Source: Candidatus Levyibacteriota bacterium (GTDB taxonomy: Bacteria; Patescibacteriota; Microgenomatia; Levybacterales; GWA1-39-11). From it: a stretch of DNA of 64,000 nucleotides. Positions 46,802 to 54,720 of this stretch are shown piece after piece. A model generated the notes under the pieces. It had not been told where the DNA came from. It was given only the letters and a program-made list of their open reading frames with translations, and made no database searches. The stretch spans positions 36,728-100,727 of the forward strand of contig JBLMVJ010000014.1 of assembly GCA_050255815.1 (NCBI GenBank), given 5' to 3'. The first letter of the stretch is position 1, and each line of letters begins with the position of its first letter. Position numbers and translations under genes: made by a program.

Positions 46802-46825
46802 GGCCGCTGTAGCGCTGCAGCGACC
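46802..46825. terminator. GC-rich imperfect palindrome ggccgctgtagcgctgcagcgacc. Possible terminator or operator.
   Basis: A 12-bp stem with one mismatch and one G-U pair, seen directly. No trailing T-run, so its role is uncertain. Confidence 0.25.
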
Positions 46826-46904
46826 CCAAGTAGGCGGCGGTAGGAGAAATATCCTTCTTACAAAATTCATACAGACTTAGATTCTTCCCTCTTTGCTATA
46901 ATAT

Positions 46905-48224
46905 GTGGCTATGTTAAGGGAAGGACCACCAGTTCCAGCTGAGCAGGCACAGCCGGAGGTTAAAAAGAAAAACGTTATCCAAAGAATGGGCAGGGGGAAA
47001 AGGATCCTTTTAAGCTCTGCTTTAGTAAGCGCTGCTTTTGTTGGGGGAACAGGATATTATGCAAAATCCCATCCGGAAGAAACTTCTGATTTTCTGCGGG
47101 CAACCATAGGAAACAAAAACAGGCTTATGGTTGAAGGATGGGTCTTCAAAATAGAGGATAAGGGAAAGCAATGGAGATATGAACTGTTTGGTGGAAAAGA
47201 AAATCCTTATGGAAATACTTTTACACAAGTGAGTAATACTCTGCCTCCTGATCTGGTAACACCCACGGTTGAAGCGCCTCTTCCGCCAAACCCGTTAGAT
47301 TATGTGCCTCCCTCTGTCATTCTCCCCGAAATGCCAAAGCCAAAACTGGCTACTCCTGAAGTACACCTTCTCCAGTCTCCTGCTGAGGGGGAAGGGAAAT
47401 GGATTGTTAATGACCTTCCCTATGCTAACCCTGATGATCCATTAATGGTAAAAACGTACGTCAGGCCGGATAAAGACAGGCCTTACGCAAGCCTTGCGGT
47501 CCTTTTATTAGACAAGACAAAGATGAAACTAAACCTGGTGGGCGGAACGGAGCAGCCGGGAAGAGGACCCGGAAGGATTCCTGAAAGTGACCTCAAAAAC
47601 CTTATTGTAGCGTTTAACGGTGGATTTCAAAATCCGGACGGATATTTTGGGATGTTTGCCCAGGGGACTATGTATATGCCTTTGAGAAACGGAATTGCAA
47701 GCGTTGTGGTTATGGCTGACGGATCCATAAAAATGGGTGCATGGGGGGAAGGGGACCTGGCAGTAAAAACAGATGATATGGTAGCAATAAGGCAAAACTG
47801 TGCGTTGCTGGTAAAAGGCGGAGAAGTGACTCCTGAAGCAGAAAATAAAGGGTCAAATAATGACATCTGGGGGTATATAGATAAGTCATCAAGTGCATTT
47901 ATTACCTGGCGGTCAGCAATAGGAGTTACAAAAGACGGTAACCTTATTGTTGCAATTGGAAACGACCTGTCTGCAAAAACATTAGCGTACGGTATGCAGG
48001 CTGCCGGCGCAGAAACGGCAATGCAGCTGGATATTAATTCTCCCCATTCCACGCTCATAACATATGCCATGGGAGCGGACGGAACCCTTATTCCCAAGTT
48101 TATCAGGGATAAGATGGGTGACCGGGATTTGGGCCGATTTTATAAGACACAGGCAAGGGATTTTATGTATATTACCCTTGCTGATAAATCCGGAGCATCC
48201 CCAATTCTTGCTGGTGCACGGTAA
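46905..48224 (+). CDS. Hypothetical secreted or membrane-anchored protein (439 aa), possibly of the phosphodiester-glycosidase (DUF2233) family.
   Basis: N-terminal TM (ILLSSALVSAAFVGGTGYY), a Pro-rich linker, then a globular domain. The family assignment is weak. Confidence 0.45.
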   Translation: MAMLREGPPVPAEQAQPEVKKKNVIQRMGRGKRILLSSALVSAAFVGGTGYYAKSHPEETSDFLRATIGNKNRLMVEGWVFKIEDKGKQWRYELFGGKENPYGNTFTQVSNTLPPDLVTPTVEAPLPPNPLDYVPPSVILPEMPKPKLATPEVHLLQSPAEGEGKWIVNDLPYANPDDPLMVKTYVRPDKDRPYASLAVLLLDKTKMKLNLVGGTEQPGRGPGRIPESDLKNLIVAFNGGFQNPDGYFGMFAQGTMYMPLRNGIASVVVMADGSIKMGAWGEGDLAVKTDDMVAIRQNCALLVKGGEVTPEAENKGSNNDIWGYIDKSSSAFITWRSAIGVTKDGNLIVAIGNDLSAKTLAYGMQAAGAETAMQLDINSPHSTLITYAMGADGTLIPKFIRDKMGDRDLGRFYKTQARDFMYITLADKSGASPILAGAR

Positions 48225-48300
48225 AGTTTTAAGTCGTAACTTCTCACTGTTACCTGTTTCTTACTACCTTTTAGCTGAGCTTTTTTATTGTTGAGATAGA

Positions 48301-48618
48301 TTGGGTATTATGATAATTGCCATTATTATTATCCTTATTATTCTTTGGGTCTTAGGGTATCTTCCCGTTTCCGGCCTGTATATCCCCAACATTCCTCTCA
48401 TTACCATAGGAGCGCATACGGTTACTTTATGGGAATTGTTAATTTTGCTGGTGGTAGGATGGGCCATTGGAATTCTCCCCCGGCCGCTGCAGGCGATTGC
48501 TTCAGTTCTCCTCTTGCTTTGGATCCTTTCCGTCTTTGGGATTTTTGCATTTGCCGGTCTCCCCAGCATTCTGGTCATCATCATCATTGTGGGTTTAGCA
48601 GTTTCCCTGCTCCTCTAA
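48301..48618 (+). CDS. Small integral membrane protein (105 aa).
   Basis: Highly hydrophobic three-helix ORF. The overlapping minus-strand ORF (48285..48587) looks non-coding. Confidence 0.4.
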   Translation: MGIMIIAIIIILIILWVLGYLPVSGLYIPNIPLITIGAHTVTLWELLILLVVGWAIGILPRPLQAIASVLLLLWILSVFGIFAFAGLPSILVIIIIVGLAVSLLL

Positions 48619-48770
48619 CCGGTTTCTTACTTCCTTCTAGCAACCTCTTATTATTGCTGAGGTAAATTCGAATAACGATCATTTAAAGAAGTTGCTCAGT
48701 GAGTACACTGAGTGGAGCTTTCACCTATTATATTGAGAAGGTAAAAAGCTCCTAAAGGAGGTGAAAAAAT

Positions 48771-49112
48771 ATGGCAGATAACCAAAAAAATGACAAGAAG
48801 GCTGGGGTGAATCCGGTTGTGGCCGGAGTTGCCGGAGCAGTAGTGGGTGCAGGAATGGCGGTAGCCGGAACTATGGCGCTAAAAGATGAAAAAAACCGCA
48901 AGAAAGTCAGGGATGTGGCAACGGGTATAGCAAAACAAGCATCTGAATACATGGGGGCAATGCCTATGGGCATGAAAAGCGGAAAAGCTACTGGGTCTAA
49001 AATAGCAAAGAAGATCCCTGTGGTAAGAAAAGATAGTGCAGGCACTAGCAGGTCAAGGGCATCAAAAAAACCAGATGAAGCAAAGGGTGAAGAAGAGGCA
49101 GAACAGAAATAA
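48771..49112 (+). CDS. Hypothetical small protein with one Gly/Ala-rich TM helix.
   Basis: Strong SD (aaaggaggtgaaaaaatATG), helix VVAGVAGAVVGAGMAVAG, and a charged low-complexity C-terminus. Confidence 0.5.
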   Translation: MADNQKNDKKAGVNPVVAGVAGAVVGAGMAVAGTMALKDEKNRKKVRDVATGIAKQASEYMGAMPMGMKSGKATGSKIAKKIPVVRKDSAGTSRSRASKKPDEAKGEEEAEQK

Positions 49113-49143
49113 TCAAAGCCGATTTATTTAGCTGTATAATGCA

Positions 49144-49707
49144 GTGGTGAAGAAGTTGGCAATCATATTCGTTCTGATGTTGATAGGGCTGGGGGCAGTT
49201 TTGTACTATTTGAGAAGCAACAACTCGAAAGTTGAGAATAACGCTCCCGCTGCAGTAAAATCAACTAGCATGAAGATTACCAGCCCTGCGTTTTTAAACA
49301 ATACAGCCATCCCCGCAAAATATACCTGCCAGGGGGAAAATATTAATCCTCAGCTGGACTTTTCGGAAATTCCCCCTCAGGCAAAAAGCCTGGCATTGCT
49401 GGTGGATGATCCTGATGCGCCTATGGGAACCTGGACACACTGGGTAGTATTTAATATGCCTCCAGATATCACTCGGATAGTAGAAAACTCGAAACCCGGT
49501 GGAGTAGAGGGCCTGACCAGTTTTGGAAAGGCGGGATATGGGGGACCATGCCCACCATCAGGGACCCATAGATATTTCTTCAAGCTGTATGCGCTGGATA
49601 TAAAACTCGATTCTCCAGAAAAGGCTGATAAAAACTCCATCCTAAAACTCATGCAAGGGCATATCCTAGGCCAAGTAGAGCTCATAGGGCTTTATAAAAA
49701 GAAATGA
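49144..49707 (+). CDS. YbhB/YbcL-family PEBP (Raf-kinase-inhibitor-like) protein.
   Basis: DDPDAPMGTWTHWVVFNMP and GYGGPCPPSGTHRYFFKLYALD are hallmark PEBP motifs. An N-terminal signal/TM is present. Confidence 0.75.
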   Translation: MVKKLAIIFVLMLIGLGAVLYYLRSNNSKVENNAPAAVKSTSMKITSPAFLNNTAIPAKYTCQGENINPQLDFSEIPPQAKSLALLVDDPDAPMGTWTHWVVFNMPPDITRIVENSKPGGVEGLTSFGKAGYGGPCPPSGTHRYFFKLYALDIKLDSPEKADKNSILKLMQGHILGQVELIGLYKKK

Positions 49708-50183
49708 AAGACATCTACGAAATCCTCAGGAGCCTAAACATATCTTACGAGAAACATGACCATCCTGCAGTGTTTACGGTGGAAGAAGCAGAGAAATTTG
49801 ATATCCGGTTTAAGGCAGGAGTTACCAAAAACTTATTTTTACGGGATAAAAAGAAGCAGCACTATTTTCTGGTAATAATGGAAGGGAAAAAGAGGCTAGA
49901 CCTGGAAAAGATATCCGGAAAGTTAGGTGCAGGAAGGCTGAGCTTTGCCTCCCCGGTAGACTTGAACACTATTTTGCAGATTACCCCGGGTTCTGTTTCT
50001 CCATTCTGTTTAATCCATGAGTCTTCCAGAAAGGTGCAAGTGGTAGTTGAAGAGAACCTGCTCAGAAATGACCGGGTAGGGTTCCACCCAAATGAAAACA
50101 CTGCAACACTACTGATAAGTTCAAACGATTTTAAAAGGTTTTTAGAATGGACCGGAAACCGGTTTCAAATCCTTCCGCTGTAA
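49704..50183 (+). CDS. YbaK/ProX-like aminoacyl-tRNA deacylase domain protein.
   Basis: 159 aa. The KNLFLRDKKKQHYFLVIMEGKKRLDLEKIS pattern resembles trans-editing domains of the ProX/YbaK family. Confidence 0.55.
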   Translation: MKDIYEILRSLNISYEKHDHPAVFTVEEAEKFDIRFKAGVTKNLFLRDKKKQHYFLVIMEGKKRLDLEKISGKLGAGRLSFASPVDLNTILQITPGSVSPFCLIHESSRKVQVVVEENLLRNDRVGFHPNENTATLLISSNDFKRFLEWTGNRFQILPL

Positions 50184-50267
50184 ATTATTACATACCTCTT
50201 ACGTTCCTCTTATGGTTTTTTCTTACCTATATGTTAAGCTTATACTTAATTAAGGATATTTTAAATT

Positions 50268-50588
50268 ATGGATACATTCCAGGCGTTAGCAGAACCCAGA
50301 AGAAGAGAGATTGTAGAACTTTTGGCAAAAAAGGGAAGGCTTTCCGCAACAGATATTTCTGAGAATTTTAGCATTTCAGCTCCGGCAATTTCCCAGCACT
50401 TAAAAATTTTGCGTGAGGCAAAGCTGGTAGACATGGAAAAGCATGCACAGAAACGCATTTATGCTTTGAATCCGGATACTATCTCAGATATTGAGGAGTG
50501 GATTGGAAAACTCAGAAGCCTGTGGAGTAAACGTTTTGAAAGGCTGGATTCATTGTTACAAAAAAGGGGAAAACATGGAAGACCATAA
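50268..50588 (+). CDS. ArsR/SmtB-family transcriptional regulator.
   Basis: FQALAEPRRREIVELLAKKGRLSATDISENFSISAPAISQHLKILREAKLV is a canonical ArsR winged HTH. Confidence 0.82.
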   Translation: MDTFQALAEPRRREIVELLAKKGRLSATDISENFSISAPAISQHLKILREAKLVDMEKHAQKRIYALNPDTISDIEEWIGKLRSLWSKRFERLDSLLQKRGKHGRP

Positions 50589-51480
50589 AGCTCCCCTTGA
50601 AAAGGGTGAATTAGTACATATGCAAAAAATAGTCCCATTTCTTTGGTTTGTTGATAATGCGCAGGAGGTAGTTGCCTTTTATACCTCTATCTTTGCGGAT
50701 TCCAGAATAGTCCACGCTGACAAATTGGTTTCTACGTTTGAACTTGCCGGACTGGAGTTCATGGCGTTAAACGGGGGAGACTACCAGCACCCTAATCCCT
50801 CCATTTCTTCCTTTGTTTCCTGTGAGACGGAAGAGCAGATAAATACATTGTGGGAAAAGCTTTTGCCGGACGGTAAGGTCCTTATCCCTTTTGATACGTA
50901 CCCTTTCAGTAAAAAATATGGCTGGCTCAGTGACAAATATGGAGTTTCCTGGCAGCTCAACCTCACCGGGGACAAGCAAAAAATTGCACCTGCGTTTATG
51001 TTTACGGGGGACAAGGCCGGGAAAGCTGAGGAGGCAATCCGTTTCTACACGTCTTTATTTGAGAATTCCCGGATTAATGCCCTGGTCCATTATGAGCCGG
51101 GAGAAGGGGATAAAGAAGAGTTTTTGAAATTTGCATCATTTGTTCTTTCCGGCCAGGATTTTGTTGCCATGGACAGCAGCCTTCCCCATGATTTTACGTT
51201 TAGTGAAGGAGTTTCCCTGTTTGTGCGATGCCAGGACCAGAAAGAAGTAGACCGGTTTTGGGAGGAGCTTTCTGCGCAGCCTGATGCTGAGCAGTGCGGT
51301 TGGCTGAAAGATAAGTTTGGCGTTTCCTGGCAGATTATCCCCAATGTTTTGATGGAACTTATGGCGGATCCGGATAGGGAAAAAGCAGACCGGGTTATGC
51401 AGGCCATGCTGAAAATGAAAAAGATAGAAGTAAAAGGCTTACAGGAAGCCTACAGGGGAGGTGCTGACAACAATGGATGA
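50575..51480 (+). CDS. VOC/PhnB-like protein with two domains (3-demethylubiquinone-9 3-methyltransferase-like domain family).
   Basis: Each half starts with a PhnB-like motif (VPFLWFVDNAQEVVAFYTSIF and APAFMFTGDKAGKAEEAIRFYTSLF). Start reassigned to the ATG at 50575 (the ORF-track start 50491 lies inside ArsR). Confidence 0.6.
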   Translation: MEDHKAPLEKGELVHMQKIVPFLWFVDNAQEVVAFYTSIFADSRIVHADKLVSTFELAGLEFMALNGGDYQHPNPSISSFVSCETEEQINTLWEKLLPDGKVLIPFDTYPFSKKYGWLSDKYGVSWQLNLTGDKQKIAPAFMFTGDKAGKAEEAIRFYTSLFENSRINALVHYEPGEGDKEEFLKFASFVLSGQDFVAMDSSLPHDFTFSEGVSLFVRCQDQKEVDRFWEELSAQPDAEQCGWLKDKFGVSWQIIPNVLMELMADPDREKADRVMQAMLKMKKIEVKGLQEAYRGGADNNG

Positions 51481-51997
51481 AAAAGGAGTGGTGATAGAGC
51501 GGGAATTTGACGCGCCGGTTGAAAAACTGTGGCAAGCATGGACTGATCCTGAAATGATAAAACAGTGGTGGGGCCCCGAGCACTTTTATGCGCCTTCAAT
51601 AAAAAATGACTTACGCGTTGGCGGTATGTACATCTTTGCCATGCACGGGCCAAAAGATAGCCAATTTGACAAAGATATGTATAGCGCCGGGATCTATAAA
51701 GAAATTGTTCCTCCTTCCGGATCAAACCCGGGAAAGTTAGTAGTGACTGACTATTTCTCAGATGAAGAAGGGAACATGGTATCACCCCAAGAGGCAGGAC
51801 TAGAAGATCCCAATTTCCCAAAAGAATTAACGGTTACCGTACTTTTTGAAAAGGTGGGGGTTGGAAAGTCTAAGCTTTCCATAGTGTACCCAAAACCGGA
51901 AACAGAAGAGCAGGTGCAGGCAATGCTGAAATCCGGAATGAAGGATGGATGGAATTCCTCACTGGACAAATTAGGGAATGTCCTGAAAGGAGTGTAA
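51461..51997 (+). CDS. SRPBCC-superfamily protein (AHSA1/START-like, activator of Hsp90 ATPase homolog family).
   Basis: VIEREFDAPVEKLWQAWTDPEMIKQWWGP is the typical AHSA1-family N-terminus. Commonly ArsR-associated. Confidence 0.7.
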   Translation: MLTTMDEKGVVIEREFDAPVEKLWQAWTDPEMIKQWWGPEHFYAPSIKNDLRVGGMYIFAMHGPKDSQFDKDMYSAGIYKEIVPPSGSNPGKLVVTDYFSDEEGNMVSPQEAGLEDPNFPKELTVTVLFEKVGVGKSKLSIVYPKPETEEQVQAMLKSGMKDGWNSSLDKLGNVLKGV

Positions 51998-51998
51998 T

Positions 51999-52559
51999 GT
52001 GGCAAAACTATTTTTGTTTATGATGGTGTCTTTGGACGGATATTTTGAAGGGCCTGAGCATGACCTTTCCTGGCATAATGTGGACCGGGAATTTGTTGAT
52101 TTTGCCATAGAACAGACCGGCCAGGTTGGCACGCTCCTGTTTGGAAGAAGGACGTATGAGCTGATGGAAAATTTTTGGCCATCTTCCCAGGCGCAGGATG
52201 ACCCGGAAACAGCTAAGCTGATGAACAACACCCCTAAAATGGTATTTTCTACAACCCTGGAAAAAGTCCATGAGACAAAAACCTGGAAGCATGTAACATT
52301 AGTGAAAGAAGTAAATGTTGAGCAGATAAACAAACTAAAAGAAGAGTCCGCCAAGGACCTGGCAGTATTTGGAAGCAATGGCCTTGCAGTCAGTTTGCTG
52401 GAGCTGGGGTTATTTGATGAATTGCGGATCATGATAAACCCGGTAGTGATAGAGAAGGGTACGCCTCTATTTTATGGGCTCAAGGAAAAGAAGAAGTTTA
52501 CCTTAAAAAACACAAAAGTTTTCAATTCCGGGAACATTCTCTTAACATACACAACATGA
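51999..52559 (+). CDS. Dihydrofolate-reductase-like protein (RibD_C family), paralog of 38698..39285.
   Basis: LFLFMMVSLDGYFEGPEHDLSWH...LFGRRTYELMENFWP. Confidence 0.7.
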   Translation: MAKLFLFMMVSLDGYFEGPEHDLSWHNVDREFVDFAIEQTGQVGTLLFGRRTYELMENFWPSSQAQDDPETAKLMNNTPKMVFSTTLEKVHETKTWKHVTLVKEVNVEQINKLKEESAKDLAVFGSNGLAVSLLELGLFDELRIMINPVVIEKGTPLFYGLKEKKKFTLKNTKVFNSGNILLTYTT

Positions 52560-52909
52560 TCCAAATAAAACGGGTATATGAAGACCCTGATAAACAAGAC
52601 GGGTTCAGGATCTTAGTAGATAGGATCTGGCCCAGGGGAGTTTCAAAAGAAGAAGCCCGGGTTGATTTGTGGTTAAAAGACATAGGACCTACAACTGAGC
52701 TGCGGAAATGGTTTGGCCATGAGGTCCCAAAATGGGAAGGGTTCCGGAAAAAATACCAGGCAGAGTTGAGGGAAAAACAGAATCTGCTTGATGAAATCAA
52801 GAAACAGGAAAAAGAACATACAACCGTAACGTTATTGTTTGGGGCAAAAGATGAGGATCACAACCAGGCAGTGGTTATCAGGGATGTGTTAGGGGAGAAT
52901 AACCGCTAA
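52556..52909 (+). CDS. DUF488-family protein (YeaO/MTH938-like).
   Basis: IKRVYEDPDKQDGFRILVDRIWPRGVSKEEARVDLWLKDIGPTTELRKWFGH is a conserved DUF488 signature. Confidence 0.65.
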   Translation: MIQIKRVYEDPDKQDGFRILVDRIWPRGVSKEEARVDLWLKDIGPTTELRKWFGHEVPKWEGFRKKYQAELREKQNLLDEIKKQEKEHTTVTLLFGAKDEDHNQAVVIRDVLGENNR

Positions 52910-53782
52910 TGAAATCAGCAAGTTAAATACCAGAAGGTTCAAAAGGGAGAGCCCAAAAACTTTTCTTGCCCACCTGATATCATCATGAGTTTTGAATCCC
53001 TGCAGCGCCCTAAGAAGCCATAAAATTCCCACGGTAAGCATACCAGCAGCATAAGCGTACTTAGTGAATTGGAATAACGTTAGAGAAAGGCAAGCCAATA
53101 TAAAAAGTATGATGTAGGTTATGATATGCAGCTTTGTTTCTGCAATGCCGCGTTTTATAGGAAGAGCAGGAATGTGTGCCTTTTTATAATCTTCCATCCT
53201 AAAAATGGAAATGGCATAAAAATGCGGCATTTGCCACAAAAATAAAATGAAAAACAGGAGAAGTGCTCCCAGATCAAAATGGTTTGTAGCGGCAAGGTAT
53301 CCGCTCACCAGCGGCACAGCACCTGAAACTGCACCCATGTGTACCCCCAGAATAGAGTGCCGCTTGGTATAGGTGTAGATGCCAATATAAAACACAAACC
53401 CCAGCGCCGCCGCAGCAAGAACAAGCCAGTTGGTAAAAAGAGCAAGCGTAGACACCCCTATAACCGCCAGGATGAAGGCGTACAGGAGCGCATTTTTTGC
53501 AGGTATGAGTTTAACAATAGCCGTCCTTTGTTGGGTCCGCTCCATTTTGCTGTCTATATCCCGGTCAATGTAGTTATTTAAAACACACCCGCTGGCAATA
53601 GAAAAAGCCATCCCTACCAGGACGCCAAATAATGCCCCCGGTTGGATAGACCCCTGAGTGCCAAGCATAAAACCGCCAAAAGCGGCTATGAGGTTTCCTC
53701 CTATAATACCGGGTTTTGTGATATAGAAATATGCCTTCCAAATGTTTCCGCCGGTATAACTGCTGAGGGAAAAAGATTTCAT
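52889..53782 (-). CDS. cyoE: Protoheme IX farnesyltransferase (heme O synthase).
   Basis: UbiA-family motifs (NNYIDRDIDSKMERTQQRTA and a second Asp-rich motif), nine TM helices, and a position at the end of the cyo operon. Confidence 0.8.
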   Translation of the reverse strand: MKSFSLSSYTGGNIWKAYFYITKPGIIGGNLIAAFGGFMLGTQGSIQPGALFGVLVGMAFSIASGCVLNNYIDRDIDSKMERTQQRTAIVKLIPAKNALLYAFILAVIGVSTLALFTNWLVLAAAALGFVFYIGIYTYTKRHSILGVHMGAVSGAVPLVSGYLAATNHFDLGALLLFFILFLWQMPHFYAISIFRMEDYKKAHIPALPIKRGIAETKLHIITYIILFILACLSLTLFQFTKYAYAAGMLTVGILWLLRALQGFKTHDDIRWARKVFGLSLLNLLVFNLLISLAVILP

Positions 53783-53788
53783 GAAGAC

Positions 53789-54151
53789 TTATTTATGGAT
53801 TCCTTCCTCATTTTGGATGTAGGTATTTATATCAGGGGTCATGTTGTAATTTAAATGGTCCATAATCCAGATAGACCCTATGACAATCATTAGGACAATA
53901 AAAACAGTTGATAGGAATAGCTGGAGGTTTAATCTGGGCTTTGATTCCTGCCCCAAATGGAGGAAGTACAACAGTTGTATGAGCAGCTGGACAACCGCAA
54001 AAACCGGCAGCAAAATACCCAGAAGGGCATCAGGCGGAAACACATGCAGGGTTTTCAGGTGATACATCACTAATACATAGCTTCCCAGAGTTAAGACAAG
54101 GGATAGGATAAACCCTATGAGATAATTGGAAACTGTTTTTTTGATCCTCAT
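53789..54151 (-). CDS. cyoD: Cytochrome bo3 quinol oxidase subunit IV.
   Basis: 120-aa three-TM protein in the conserved position between subunit III and cyoE. Confidence 0.6.
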   Translation of the reverse strand: MRIKKTVSNYLIGFILSLVLTLGSYVLVMYHLKTLHVFPPDALLGILLPVFAVVQLLIQLLYFLHLGQESKPRLNLQLFLSTVFIVLMIVIGSIWIMDHLNYNMTPDINTYIQNEEGIHK

Positions 54152-54720
54152 GAAATTGCCCCCATTAAATATACAATAGTAAAAATAAATATCCAGACAA
54201 TATCAAGAAAGTGCCAGAAAAGACTGAGCTGTTTTACTTTCCCCAGATTAGAGTCTGTAACTCCCCGTTTGTACAGGTAAAAAATAAGGATTCCAAGCCA
54301 GATGCTGCCGGCAAAGATATGCATTCCATGCGCCCCAATAAGGGTAAAAAAAGAAGAGAGGAAGGCGCTTTTTTGCGGTGTATGCCCCTCCTGTATTAAG
54401 TGGGAAAATTCAGACAGTTCCATGGATAGAAAGACAAGTCCCAACAAGAGGGTAGAGGCAAGCAGGAGAATGGTTTTCTTCTTGTCTTTTTGTCCGGCAT
54501 AGACGGTTGCTATGCCGCAGGTAAAACTGCTGACCAAAAGGACAATGGTTTCAGAGAGTACAAAAAGCGGATTGAAGATGCGGTGGATTGAGATTCCTCC
54601 AAAGGTATTATTATGCAGCACCGCGTACGCCGCAAAAAGCACGGCAAACATAATAAGGTCTGTCATAAGGTATATCCAAAACCCAAATAACGCTTTTTCA
54701 GAGGAATGGTGTTCAGCCAT
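54148..54720 (-). CDS. cyoC: Cytochrome bo3 quinol oxidase subunit III.
   Basis: Five-TM COX3-family protein. Start moved to the ATG at 54720 (MAEHHSS), which still overlaps the cyoB stop by 8 nt. Confidence 0.75.
   Translation of the reverse strand: MAEHHSSEKALFGFWIYLMTDLIMFAVLFAAYAVLHNNTFGGISIHRIFNPLFVLSETIVLLVSSFTCGIATVYAGQKDKKKTILLLASTLLLGLVFLSMELSEFSHLIQEGHTPQKSAFLSSFFTLIGAHGMHIFAGSIWLGILIFYLYKRGVTDSNLGKVKQLSLFWHFLDIVWIFIFTIVYLMGAIS

Noticed and set aside
48285-48587. Minus-strand 100-aa ORF (MMMMTRMLGRPANAK...).
   Set aside because: The overlapping plus-strand ORF encodes a clean three-helix membrane protein. The minus-strand product looks like junk.
48695-48712. Hairpin ctcagtg-agta-cactgag upstream of the 48771 gene, considered as a riboswitch or attenuator.
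   Set aside because: It is only a 7-bp stem with no conserved riboswitch core. It is more likely a simple 5'-UTR structure or the terminator of the upstream membrane-protein gene.
50491-50574. Upstream extension of the VOC gene overlapping ArsR by about 100 nt.
   Set aside because: The internal ATG at 50575 gives a conventional short overlap with ArsR, and the PhnB-like domain starts right after it.
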